64,000 bases of DNA, from NCBI GenBank assembly GCA_944321825.1, contig CALUMU010000006.1:44126-108125 (forward strand), read 5' to 3'. Positions 8,759 to 17,181 of this stretch are shown here, in pieces. Each line of letters begins with the position of its first letter. Position 1 is the stretch's first letter. Origin of the DNA: Candidatus Amulumruptor caecigallinarius (GTDB lineage Bacteria > Bacteroidota > Bacteroidia > Bacteroidales > Muribaculaceae). The translations under genes were made by a program, and so were the position numbers. The notes below the pieces were generated by a model. It worked only from the letters and a program-made list of their open reading frames with translations, made no database searches and was not told where the DNA came from.

Positions 8759-9727
8759 TCAGGACTGATTGCGGTAAAATGCCTCGCCGAGATAGCGGAG
8801 CACCGTGGGCCCGAGATAGCTGACGGCTGCGGCCACTCGATTTCGCCAGCGGACGGAGCTGTTGGTCAGCGAGTCCCGCCGCAAGCGCTTTATTTCCGTC
8901 CAGCAGAGGTTGGCCATCGTGTGGCGTTGATGCGAGCTGCATAGTGCATACATATTGAAACATGCGCTCAGACGGCGGTCTTTGGCGGCGGCAAGGAGTG
9001 AGGGGTTGTGCCGCGAGGATGCATCGGCCTCTATCCACTCGGTCACGCGGAGCACGTCGAGACGCTTGTCGTCCCACAGGCTCATTGCGCTGTCGGGATT
9101 GCGGCGGTAGAGGTACAGGCACCGGTGGGTGAGTGCCACTTGGTTGGTCCGGAGTAACAGTCTGTAGTTGAAATCGAGGTCTTCGTAATAAAGGTTTTCT
9201 TTGAAGCGCAGGTCTCCTATGGCCGATTTTCGGTAGAGCCGTCCCCATGGCGATGAAATGAAGCCTGTGCGGTAAAGCATTATCTTGTTGGCAAGTTCGG
9301 AACCTATGATGGTGTGTCTTTCGGATCTGTCGGCTGCATAGTGGTGTGTCATCGCCGCATCGCGGAAATAGCGGCCTATGGCTATGTCGACCGACGGACC
9401 CATCAGGCTCAGCAGATGGGGCAGGGCTCCGGGCATCAGTATGTCGTCGGCATCGACGAACGCCAGATACTGGCCGGTGCTTGCTTCGATGCCTGTGTTG
9501 CGGGCGCCTCCGCAGCAACGGTTCTGCTGCGAGATGATTTTGACACGCGAATCAGCGGCTGCATATGCCCGGGCGATTACAGGGGTCTGGTCCGAGCTGC
9601 CGTCGTCGACCACGATAACTTCCTTTATGACATCCTCGCCTTGGCCGGACAGGATGCTGTCGAGGCATTGTGGCAGATAGCGCTGGCTGTTATAGACCGG
9701 GATTATGACTGAAATGCTGGGTTCCAT
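8759..9727 (-). CDS. glycosyltransferase family 2
   Basis: 322 aa with ISVIIPVYNSQRYLPQCLDSIL..VIVVDDGSSDQT..AFVDADDIL (classic GT2 motifs). Confidence 0.85.
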   Translation of the reverse strand: MEPSISVIIPVYNSQRYLPQCLDSILSGQGEDVIKEVIVVDDGSSDQTPVIARAYAAADSRVKIISQQNRCCGGARNTGIEASTGQYLAFVDADDILMPGALPHLLSLMGPSVDIAIGRYFRDAAMTHHYAADRSERHTIIGSELANKIMLYRTGFISSPWGRLYRKSAIGDLRFKENLYYEDLDFNYRLLLRTNQVALTHRCLYLYRRNPDSAMSLWDDKRLDVLRVTEWIEADASSRHNPSLLAAAKDRRLSACFNMYALCSSHQRHTMANLCWTEIKRLRRDSLTNSSVRWRNRVAAAVSYLGPTVLRYLGEAFYRNQS

Positions 9728-9734
9728 TGCCCTG

Positions 9735-9742
9735 CAAAATTA
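9735..9742 (-). promoter_or_regulatory. candidate -7 box (TAATTTTG) immediately upstream of the GT2 ATG
   Basis: The minus strand reads gcgTAATTTTGcagggcaATG. Only 7 nt separate the box from the start codon, implying a leaderless or very short leader mRNA. Confidence 0.45.
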
Positions 9743-9869
9743 CGCTATTTCCCGTAATGGTGCAAGATGAAATCAGCGGATAGAAAAGGTTGACGAGGGG
9801 GATTCCATATAGATGTTCATGGTTTGCACCGTCAGACCCTTCAGGGCTGACTCCGTCTGATGTCCTTGC

Positions 9870-9999
9870 AACGGGGCTTGCGCCCCGCCCTACTGTTCAC
9901 CCGCCCCTTCGGGGCTTCGTAAATTCATCGCATATCATTTCATAAAGAAAACAGCTCCGCAGGAGCTAAGGAATAGTAGGGCGGGGCGCAAGCCCCGTT
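9870..9999. repeat. GC-rich palindromic element (REP/MITE-like): 25-bp perfect inverted repeats around a 72-80 nt core
   Basis: AACGGGGCTTGCGCCCCGCCCTACT (9870-9894) is the exact reverse complement of 9975-9999. The repeat extends to 29 nt with 1 mismatch. Each arm is itself a GGGGC-ttgc-GCCCC hairpin. The core holds GCCCC-ttcg-GGGGC and AGCTCC-gc-aGGAGCT hairpins. Confidence 0.7.
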
Positions 10000-10078
10000 A
10001 TTAATCCGCCCCACAGGATAGCCCTGCCAAGGGCTGCCGGCGCAAGCCGTGAGAATTACAATCATTAGAGTGTGGATT

Positions 10079-10125
10079 AAAAATAAGGCATCCGCAGCCC
10101 TCCTGGGTGGGGAGGAGCGGATGCC
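10079..10125 (-). terminator. rho-independent terminator of gdhA
   Basis: On the minus strand: GGCATCCGC..(loop)..GCGGATGCC (10087-10125), followed by TTATTTTT, 45 nt after the gdhA stop. Confidence 0.75.
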
Positions 10126-10169
10126 CGTGAGGTAAATCTGTGTTATCTTAGGTTAGAGAATCGTCGGGA

Positions 10170-11507
10170 TTAGATGATGCCTTGTCCCATCATGGCGTTG
10201 GCTACTTTCATGAAGCCTGCGATGTTGGCACCTTTCATGTAGTTGATGTAGCCGTCGGGTTCTGTTCCGTATTTCACGCACTGTTCGTGTATCGACTTCA
10301 TGATGAAGTGCAATTTGTCGTCGACCTCCTCGGCTGACCACTGCAGGTGCATGGCGTTCTGGCTCATCTCGAGTCCGGAGGTGGCTACGCCTCCGGCGTT
10401 GACGGCCTTGCCGGGTGCATAAGTGGTGTGGTTGGCGATGAATGTGTCTATGGCTTCGGGTGTACAGCCCATGTTCGACACTTCGGCCACCATGAGCACG
10501 CCGTTATCCACGAGCTGCTTTGCATCGTCGCCGTCGAGCTCGTTTTGGGTGGCGCAGGGCAATGCGATGTCGACTTTCCGTTCCCATGGCTTTTTGCCGG
10601 GATAGAATGTCGAGCCGGGGAATTTTTCGGCATATGGCTCTACTATGTCGTCGCCGGTGGCGCGGAGGTAGAGCATGTAGTCTATCTTCTCGGCATCGAG
10701 GCCGTCGGGGTCGTAGATGTAGCCGTCGGGGCCGGAAATGGTCACCACCTTCGCTCCAAGCTCAGTGGCTTTCTTGGCTGCGCCCCATGCTACATTGCCG
10801 AAGCCGGAGATGGAAATGACTTTGCCCTTGATGTCGTCGCCTTTCTTGGCGAGCATACTCTGGACGAAGTACAATGCGCCGTAGCCTGTGGCTTCCGGGC
10901 GTATCATTGAGCCTCCGAAGTCGAGACCCTTGCCGGTAAATGTGCCGTCGTGGCGGTCCACGAGCTGCTTGTACATGCCGAACATGTAGCCTACCTCACG
11001 GCCTCCCACGCCGATGTCGCCGGCGGGTACGTCGCGGTCAGGGCCGAGGTTTTTCCAGAGCTGGAGCATGAACGCCTGGCAGAAGCGCATGATCTCGGCA
11101 TCGCTCTTGCCTCGGGGCGAGAAGTCGCTGCCCCCTTTGGCTCCGCCCATGGGCAGGGTGGTGAGGGCGTTTTTGAATGTCTGCTCAAATCCGAGGAATT
11201 TGAGTATCGAAAGATTTACGGATGCGTGGAAGCGGATGCCTCCTTTGTACGGGCCTATGGCCTTGTTGAACTGTACGCGGTAGCCGAGGTTGGTCTGTAC
11301 GTCGCCTTTGTCGTCGACCCATGTCACACGGAATGTGATGATGCGGTCGGGTTCTACCATGCGTTCGATGATTCGTGCTTTCTCAAATTCGGGATGTTCG
11401 TTATATACATCCTGCACACACATCAACACTTCTTTGACGGCCTGGAGATATTCTTTTTCGCCAGGGTGCTTCGCCTCAAGGGCGCTCATGATATTATTTA
11501 TATCCAT
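10170..11507 (-). CDS. gdhA: NADP-specific glutamate dehydrogenase
   Basis: The ORF track starts at 11615. I call the start at MDINNIMSALEAKHPGEKEYLQAV (ATG comp. 11505-11507, 445 aa). It has the GGAKGGSDF Glu/Leu/Phe/Val dehydrogenase active-site motif and a GFGNVAWGAA Rossmann loop. Confidence 0.95.
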   Translation of the reverse strand: MDINNIMSALEAKHPGEKEYLQAVKEVLMCVQDVYNEHPEFEKARIIERMVEPDRIITFRVTWVDDKGDVQTNLGYRVQFNKAIGPYKGGIRFHASVNLSILKFLGFEQTFKNALTTLPMGGAKGGSDFSPRGKSDAEIMRFCQAFMLQLWKNLGPDRDVPAGDIGVGGREVGYMFGMYKQLVDRHDGTFTGKGLDFGGSMIRPEATGYGALYFVQSMLAKKGDDIKGKVISISGFGNVAWGAAKKATELGAKVVTISGPDGYIYDPDGLDAEKIDYMLYLRATGDDIVEPYAEKFPGSTFYPGKKPWERKVDIALPCATQNELDGDDAKQLVDNGVLMVAEVSNMGCTPEAIDTFIANHTTYAPGKAVNAGGVATSGLEMSQNAMHLQWSAEEVDDKLHFIMKSIHEQCVKYGTEPDGYINYMKGANIAGFMKVANAMMGQGII

Positions 11508-11631
11508 ATTCTTTAAGGTATTAAATATGAATGTGGGTTTTAATGTACTGATATGTAATATGTTATGAGGTAAGTTTTTCATGTGTGCCGCCTGTGGGCG
11601 ACATGGATGCGTCAATGGTATTTTATGACAT

Positions 11632-11639
11632 CAAATATA
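11632..11639 (-). promoter_or_regulatory. candidate -7 box (TATATTTG) of the gdhA promoter
   Basis: Plus-strand CAAATATA is TAnnTTTG on the minus strand, about 125 nt upstream of the preferred gdhA ATG. Confidence 0.4.
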
Positions 11640-11830
11640 AGGGGAAAATCCATAAAAAACAGTTTTTGACACTTAAAGTATGTTAATAAATTGTGGTATC
11701 TTAAAGTGGTGCTGATGTTTTCGCATGGTATGGCTTTTAGGCTGTGGTTACTTTGCGGATGTAAACCAAACACGCTCGAATACAGATCTTAAACAGTTTC
11801 TTATAGTCACACTCAAAAACTATCATTTTT

Positions 11831-12259
11831 ATGCGAAAAATAACACTTATAGTGGTGCATTGCACCGCCGGTCCTCAGAGTCAATGTGCTGCCGATATCG
11901 TCCGTTACCATACTTTGCCGCGCCGGCGCGGAGGGTTGGGCTGGAGTACCCCGGGATACCATTATATAGTAGAGCCGTCGGGCTATGTAGCGCAGGTGGT
12001 GCCTGATTGGGATATAGCCAACGGTGTCAAGGGACACAACGAACATGCTATACATGTGGCGTATGTGGGAGGAGTGGATACTTCCCGGCGAGACCTGCCA
12101 GCTGTGGACAACCGCACGGAGGCGCAGAAGCTCGCCCTGCGCTCCCTGCTTGGACGGCTGCGCCGCGACTATCCTTCGGCGCGTATTGTCGGGCATCGTA
12201 ATCTGGCTCGTAAGGCGTGTCCGAGCTTTGATGCCATGAAGGAGTATGCCGATTTGTGA
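11831..12259 (+). CDS. N-acetylmuramoyl-L-alanine amidase (amidase_2 / PGRP-AmpD fold)
   Basis: 142 aa with IVVHCTAG..GWSTPGYHYIV..GVKGHNEHAIHVAYVGG..IVGHRNLARKACPSFD (Zn-ligand His/His/Cys pattern of amidase_2). Confidence 0.8.
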   Translation: MRKITLIVVHCTAGPQSQCAADIVRYHTLPRRRGGLGWSTPGYHYIVEPSGYVAQVVPDWDIANGVKGHNEHAIHVAYVGGVDTSRRDLPAVDNRTEAQKLALRSLLGRLRRDYPSARIVGHRNLARKACPSFDAMKEYADL

Positions 12260-12373
12260 TGTGATTGTTAGATTAATTTCGTAATTCAAGACAGTTTCTT
12301 ATACTTTAATTTTTAGACATTCTTTGAAACCGCTAACTTTGTGTCATAATCCTGCTGATATAATCTCGTAATC

Positions 12374-13540
12374 ATGAAAAATATAGCCGTGCTGGGCAGT
12401 ACCGGCTCTATCGGAACCCAGACTCTCGATATAGTGCGCCGTCATCCAGAGCGTTTTGCTGTCAGATTGCTTTCGGCCGGGAGGCGTGTGGACGACCTCA
12501 TAGTCCAGGCCCGCGAGTTCCGTCCATCGATGGTCATCATAGCCGATGAATCTTTGTACCCCCGTCTGCGTGACGCATTGCAGCCCCTCGGCATAGAGAC
12601 AGCCGCTGGCGCATCGGCTCTTGCCGATGCTATGGACCGTGATGATTTTTCGATGGTGGTGACGGCTACGGTGGGGTATAGCGGGCTTGCCCCCACGATA
12701 AGGGCCATAAAAGCCGGCAAAGACATCGCCTTGGCCAACAAGGAGACATTGGTGGTGGCCGGCGAACTCGTCACCAACCTCCTGAAAGAATCGGCTTCCA
12801 AGGTATATCCTGTGGACAGCGAGCATTCGGCCATATATCAATGTCTGCGTGGTGAAGATATAGATGCTGTCGAGCGGCTGATTATCACAGCTTCAGGCGG
12901 GCCGTTCCGGGAGCTGCCGGCCGACAGGTTGGCTGACGTGACTGTGTCGGATGCATTGCGTCACCCAAACTGGAGCATGGGGGCAAAAATCACCATCGAC
13001 TCCGCTACGATGCTCAACAAGGCGTTTGAAATCATCGAGGCGCACTGGCTGTTCGGTGTCGCCCCGGAGCGTATCGCGGCGATGGTGCATCCCCAGAGCA
13101 TAGTGCATTCGATGGTGGAGTTTGTCGACGGCGGTGTGAAGGCCCAGCTCGGAGTGCCTGACATGCGGCTGCCTATCAGTTACGCTTTGGGAGAGACGGC
13201 CCGCATGTATCTGCCGGGACGGCTGACATTGGAGCAGTATGCTTCCATGACATTCGAAAAGCCTGATACGGAGCGGTTTCCATGCCTGGCTCTGGCTCAC
13301 CGCTGTTTGGAGCGAGGTGGCAACATGGCATGTGTGGTCAATGCTGCCAATGAAGTGGCGGTAGCGGCCTTTTTGGCTGGTAAGTTGAAGTTTGTGGATA
13401 TATATCCGCTGCTGGAACGGACCATCGGCCGCGTGGAGTTCATAGCCGCGCCTGACTATGGCCAGCTTGTAGCCACCAATGACGAAGCGAGAGCCGTGGC
13501 TTCGGACTTTGTGGAGGCGTATGTGAGAGGCGCAAAATGA
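12374..13540 (+). CDS. dxr: 1-deoxy-D-xylulose-5-phosphate reductoisomerase
   Basis: 388 aa with MKNIAVLGSTGSIGTQTLDIV, LANKETLV, PVDSEHSAI and the NAANEVAV motif. Confidence 0.95.
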   Translation: MKNIAVLGSTGSIGTQTLDIVRRHPERFAVRLLSAGRRVDDLIVQAREFRPSMVIIADESLYPRLRDALQPLGIETAAGASALADAMDRDDFSMVVTATVGYSGLAPTIRAIKAGKDIALANKETLVVAGELVTNLLKESASKVYPVDSEHSAIYQCLRGEDIDAVERLIITASGGPFRELPADRLADVTVSDALRHPNWSMGAKITIDSATMLNKAFEIIEAHWLFGVAPERIAAMVHPQSIVHSMVEFVDGGVKAQLGVPDMRLPISYALGETARMYLPGRLTLEQYASMTFEKPDTERFPCLALAHRCLERGGNMACVVNAANEVAVAAFLAGKLKFVDIYPLLERTIGRVEFIAAPDYGQLVATNDEARAVASDFVEAYVRGAK

Positions 13541-13657
13541 CCCATAATAGCGATTTATGAAATTTTTTTGCTTGCCGTTATGGGGAGATTGAAAAAAAAG
13601 TGCGATATTTGCACCTACATTCAAAATCAACATAAATAACCAGTTACAACACACAGT

Positions 13658-13930
13658 ATGACTAAAGCAGAAATCGTCAACGAAATCGCAAGGTCTACAG
13701 GCATCGATCGTGCCAGCGTTCTCGAGACTATCGAGAAATTCATGGACGTGGTCAAGGACTCGCTTGCAAACGGCGAAAACGTTTACCTCCGCGGATTCGG
13801 AAGCTTCATCGTCAAGACACGATCTGAAAAGACCGCACGTAACATATCCAAGAACACCACTATCATCATCCCCGAACACAAAATACCGGCGTTCAAGCCC
13901 GCCAAAGTGTTCATGGAAGAAGTGAAGTGA
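13658..13930 (+). CDS. HU family DNA-binding protein
   Basis: 90 aa: MTKAEIVNEIA..VYLRGFGSFIVKTRSEKTARNISKNTTIIIPEHKIPAFKPAK (HU/IHF beta-arm motif). Confidence 0.9.
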   Translation: MTKAEIVNEIARSTGIDRASVLETIEKFMDVVKDSLANGENVYLRGFGSFIVKTRSEKTARNISKNTTIIIPEHKIPAFKPAKVFMEEVK

Positions 13931-13994
13931 ACCACACTATATGGGACAAGAAACACTTTAATACATAAACCTTTTTATAAATCAACTGCTAATC

Positions 13995-14084
13995 ATGCCA
14001 AGCGGAAAGAAAAGAAAAGGCCACAAGATGGCCACACACAAGCGTAAAAAACGCCTGCGTAAGAATCGTCACAAGAAAAAGTAA
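13995..14084 (+). CDS. 29-aa highly basic protein, bS22 / AURKAIP1-COX24-like small ribosomal protein candidate
   Basis: Too short for the ORF track. ATG at 13995 and TAA at 14082-14084, encoding MPSGKKRKGHKMATHKRKKRLRKNRHKKK. Followed at once by a hairpin (14085-14110). Lies between HU and RNase G. Confidence 0.6.
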   Translation: MPSGKKRKGHKMATHKRKKRLRKNRHKKK

Positions 14085-14110
14085 GAGAGTGTCAAAAAAA
14101 CGACACTCTC
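14085..14110 (+). terminator. hairpin after the small basic ORF (weak terminator)
   Basis: GAGAGTGTC-aaaaaaac-GACACTCTC, followed by tctaatgttt, which is only a poor U-tract. Confidence 0.4.
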
Positions 14111-14343
14111 TCTAATGTTTAGGCAATACCCTCTCTTGTGACTATTACCCAACCGAACAGTATAGAGAGCCTAAACAGCGACAACTTCAGAGCCGGCTCA
14201 ATGCCGGCACATGAGAGAAACAGAGAACAGACAGGAGGGTATCCACCGACAGCGAGGTCAATGGTGGTGACCGACGGTTTGTTCTCCGTTGCATTTACCC
14301 CCTATCTTGGTAACCGATACACACATTAACCGTAATCAAGCCG

Positions 14344-15966
14344 ATGCGAAGTGAACTCATAGTCGACGTTCAGCCCAAGGAGGTCTCCATAGCGCAGACC
14401 GAGGAAGGGCGGCTGGTGTCCTTGCAGAAGGAAGCCAGAGGGCTGGCTTACGCTGTCGGCGACATCTATCTGGCAAAAGTCAAGAAGATTATGCCCGGAT
14501 TGAATGCCGCTTTCGTGAATGTGGGTTACGAGAAGGACGCATTTCTCCACTATCTCGATCTTGGTCCACGTTACTCCACATACGTGGAATTTGTGAAAAG
14601 CATGCTTGAGGACACAAAACGTGTACCTCAGCTGTCAAAAATGAAGCTGCTCCCTGAAATCGACAAACACGGGACTATCTCCGACCAAGTGCAGCCCGGG
14701 CAGCAGCTATTAGTGCAGATTGTCAAGGAGCCGATATCATCCAAGGGTCCGCGGCTTACCACTGAGATAACTTTTACCGGACGTTATCTCGTGCTGATAC
14801 CCTTCGGCGACAAGATTTCCGTATCGCAGAAAATCAAGACCACCGGCGAGAAGCTGCGTCTGCGCCAGCTTGTCGAAAGCATAAAGCCTAAGAATTTCGG
14901 AGTCATCATCCGCACCTCTGCCGAAGGAAAGCGTGTTGCAGAGCTTAACCACGAGCTCAAGACGCTGCTCGGGTATTGGGAAGAGACCGTGGCCCGGGCA
15001 CAGAAAGTCACAGCCCCGGCCATGGTGTTTGAAGAGGAAGGACGCATCGTGAGCGTGCTCCGCGACATTTTCAGTCCCGATTTCGAGGCCATAAGGGTCA
15101 ACGACCCCGACGTGTTTGCGCAGATAGTCAAGTATGTCAATCTGATAGCTCCCGACCGTCGCGAGATCGTAAGCCTTTATGAGGGGCAGGATCCGATATT
15201 TGACAAATTCAGCATCACGCGCCAGATAAAGTCGTCGTTCGGCAAGACGGTGTCGTTCAAGAGCGGTGCATATCTTATCATAGAGCATACAGAGGCTCTG
15301 CATGTCATCGATGTCAACTCCGGCAACCGCTCCAAGGCGGCCAACGACCAGGAGACCAACGCGCTCGAAGTCAACATGCGTGCCGCCGATGAGATAGCCC
15401 GTCAGCTGCGCCTGCGCGATATGGGCGGCATCATAGTCATAGACTTTATAGACATGGCCAAGGCCGAACACCGTCAGAAGCTCTATGACCACATGCGCGA
15501 AGCTATGCAGAATGACCGTGCCCGCCACAATATACTGCCTCTGAGCAAATTCGGGCTGATGCAGATTACCCGCCAGCGTGTGCGCCCGGCTCTTGACATT
15601 GTCACCACCGAAGCCTGCCCGTCATGTTACGGCAAGGGCGAGGTGCAGCCGTCGCTCCTGTTTACCGACACCCTCCACGAGCGTCTGCACTACCTCGTGG
15701 ATACATTGAAAGTAAAGGATTTCGTCATGTACGTCCATCCCTATGTGGACGCATATATCAAGAAAGGCCTGATATCCATGTACCGCAGATGGCGTATGGA
15801 ACTCGGGTCGAAATTCAAGATTCTCCCTGACCAGAGCCTCGCATATCTCCAGTACCGCGTACTCGACTCCAAGCGCAACGAGATAGAACTGCAGGAAGAA
15901 CGCGACATGGGCTCGTCAGCCTCTAAAACCAAAGCCAAGACCAAGAATCGAATCGAACAGGAATAA
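14344..15966 (+). CDS. rng: ribonuclease E/G family protein (RNase G-like)
   Basis: 540 aa with an N-terminal S1 domain (GDIYLAKVKKIMPGLNAAFVNVGYEKDAFLHY) and the catalytic core ALHVIDVNSG..GGIIVIDFIDM. Confidence 0.9.
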   Translation: MRSELIVDVQPKEVSIAQTEEGRLVSLQKEARGLAYAVGDIYLAKVKKIMPGLNAAFVNVGYEKDAFLHYLDLGPRYSTYVEFVKSMLEDTKRVPQLSKMKLLPEIDKHGTISDQVQPGQQLLVQIVKEPISSKGPRLTTEITFTGRYLVLIPFGDKISVSQKIKTTGEKLRLRQLVESIKPKNFGVIIRTSAEGKRVAELNHELKTLLGYWEETVARAQKVTAPAMVFEEEGRIVSVLRDIFSPDFEAIRVNDPDVFAQIVKYVNLIAPDRREIVSLYEGQDPIFDKFSITRQIKSSFGKTVSFKSGAYLIIEHTEALHVIDVNSGNRSKAANDQETNALEVNMRAADEIARQLRLRDMGGIIVIDFIDMAKAEHRQKLYDHMREAMQNDRARHNILPLSKFGLMQITRQRVRPALDIVTTEACPSCYGKGEVQPSLLFTDTLHERLHYLVDTLKVKDFVMYVHPYVDAYIKKGLISMYRRWRMELGSKFKILPDQSLAYLQYRVLDSKRNEIELQEERDMGSSASKTKAKTKNRIEQE

Positions 15967-16056
15967 CCATCCTGCCAACCGGAGGTGGTGCAGAGCGAAA
16001 GCCGTGCAGGCCGTACCTGCTGCATACGTCCGCCTCGGAAACCCCGAGCCAGCATA

Positions 16057-16097
16057 GAAGCTCCCCTCGCCTGAAAGGCCGGGGAGCTTCATTTTTT
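16057..16097 (+). terminator. rho-independent terminator of rng
   Basis: GAAGCTCCCC-(14 nt)-GGGGAGCTTC, followed by ATTTTTT. Confidence 0.8.
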
Positions 16098-16155
16098 CCG
16101 TTGTATGGCGATAAGTAACATGTTTAATTTGAGCAGTTACTTAGTATTGGATTGG

Positions 16156-17058
16156 TCATGCGTAAAGCAGTATGGCGAAGGTGGTCAGCCAGCCTGCCAC
16201 GCAGGTCATCAGGAAAGGGTCGCGTAGGAGGTCGCGCTCCGGGTTTCCGCCATGGTTGTCGGCAATGACTGTCTGCATGTAGCGGAGCATCCCGGCAAGT
16301 ACCCATATGGATGTGATGTAGACGTAGGGGCTGCCTACGCGCATCACTACTTCGGGCGACAGCGTGTAAAGTATGTAGCCCACGAGGGTGACGGCAGCCA
16401 GCAGGCCCAGTACCTGATTGAGAAACGGCAGGGTGTAGGAGAGTGTGCTGCGGCGGGTGATGACCCCTGTGTCGAGACGTATGACCACATCGTCCCTGCG
16501 CTTGGCGAATGCCAGAAACAGCGTGAGCAGGAAAGTCATCACCACTATCCACGGAGAGAGCGGTATGCCACATGCCAAGCCGCCGGCGACTACACGCATC
16601 ACGAATCCTATGGCTATAATCATCACGTCGACTATGGCAATCCGTTTAAGTCCGACAGAGTAGGCTATGTTGAGAACGAAATACCCGGCCATGACCGCTC
16701 CGACCATCATCCAGCGGCGCGGCAGCAGCTGGGTGGCTATGGCCAGTGACATCAGCACGAGGATGACCATCAGGGCAAGTGCCTGCATAGGGGAGAGGTT
16801 GCCGGCGGCGACTTGACGCTTGCGTTTCGACGGGTGTATGCGGTCGGCCTCGGCATCGCGAACATCGTTGAAGCAGTAGACTGCGCTTGCCATAAGCGAG
16901 AACGAGATGAAAGTCCATGCCGCGCTCTGCCAGCAGTCGCCGTCGGTCATCATGCCGCCGAAAAACATGGGCAGGAACACAAACAGATTTTTGACCCATT
17001 GCTGCGGTCGTATGATGAGGACGAACGGTAGGATGTGTTTCAGGTATGGTGATGACAT
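16156..17058 (-). CDS. UbiA-family prenyltransferase (decaprenyl-phosphate phosphoribosyltransferase-like)
   Basis: 300 aa and polytopic, with IIRPQQWVKNLFVFLPMFFGG and NDVRDAEADRIHPSKRKRQVA (NDxxDxxxD motif). Confidence 0.8.
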   Translation of the reverse strand: MSSPYLKHILPFVLIIRPQQWVKNLFVFLPMFFGGMMTDGDCWQSAAWTFISFSLMASAVYCFNDVRDAEADRIHPSKRKRQVAAGNLSPMQALALMVILVLMSLAIATQLLPRRWMMVGAVMAGYFVLNIAYSVGLKRIAIVDVMIIAIGFVMRVVAGGLACGIPLSPWIVVMTFLLTLFLAFAKRRDDVVIRLDTGVITRRSTLSYTLPFLNQVLGLLAAVTLVGYILYTLSPEVVMRVGSPYVYITSIWVLAGMLRYMQTVIADNHGGNPERDLLRDPFLMTCVAGWLTTFAILLYA

Positions 17059-17181
17059 GCTTTTAGGCGGAATTTCTTGGTGGGACTTCTATGTTTGATG
17101 AGGTAAAATTAGCAAAAAAAGTGTGACGGTGTAACTCCTGTCGAAATATAAGTTGCAGATATTTTGCTACATTTGCAGATT

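Noticed and set aside
8496-9518. A 340-aa minus-strand ORF overlapping the GT2 gene in another frame and extending into the intergenic region.
   Set aside because: The product is Arg/Pro/His-rich low complexity. The overlapping frame (8759-9727) carries clear GT2 motifs. No start context supports it.
9870-9999. Possible invertible promoter (inverton) controlling the GT2 gene, suggested by 25-bp perfect inverted repeats upstream of a glycosyltransferase.
   Set aside because: The best GT2 promoter (-7 box TAATTTTG at comp. 9735-9742, 7 nt from the ATG) lies outside the repeats. The 72-nt core contains no TAnnTTTG box in either orientation. No invertase or recombinase gene is nearby. The arms are themselves hairpins, which looks REP-like. 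Only read-level evidence could revive the idea.
11508-11615. N-terminal extensions proposed by the ORF track: gdhA from 11615, maeB from 35564, GT2 from 31186, and the SLC45-like gene from 42861.
   Set aside because: The extensions have no similarity to the mature family N-termini. They are AT-rich or low complexity. In two cases they contain the -7 promoter box or overlap the upstream gene. Internal ATGs give canonical protein lengths.
12893-13879. Long antisense or out-of-frame ORFs opposite real genes. This one (328 aa) lies opposite dxr and HU. Others are 20241-21251, 34101-34919, 37331-38065, 37938-38621, 43018-43737, 48231-49067, 49685-50527 and 51092-51740.
   Set aside because: Each lies opposite or out of frame with a gene that has strong family motifs. 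All have biased, motif-free translations and no promoter or start context. They are treated as shadow ORFs.
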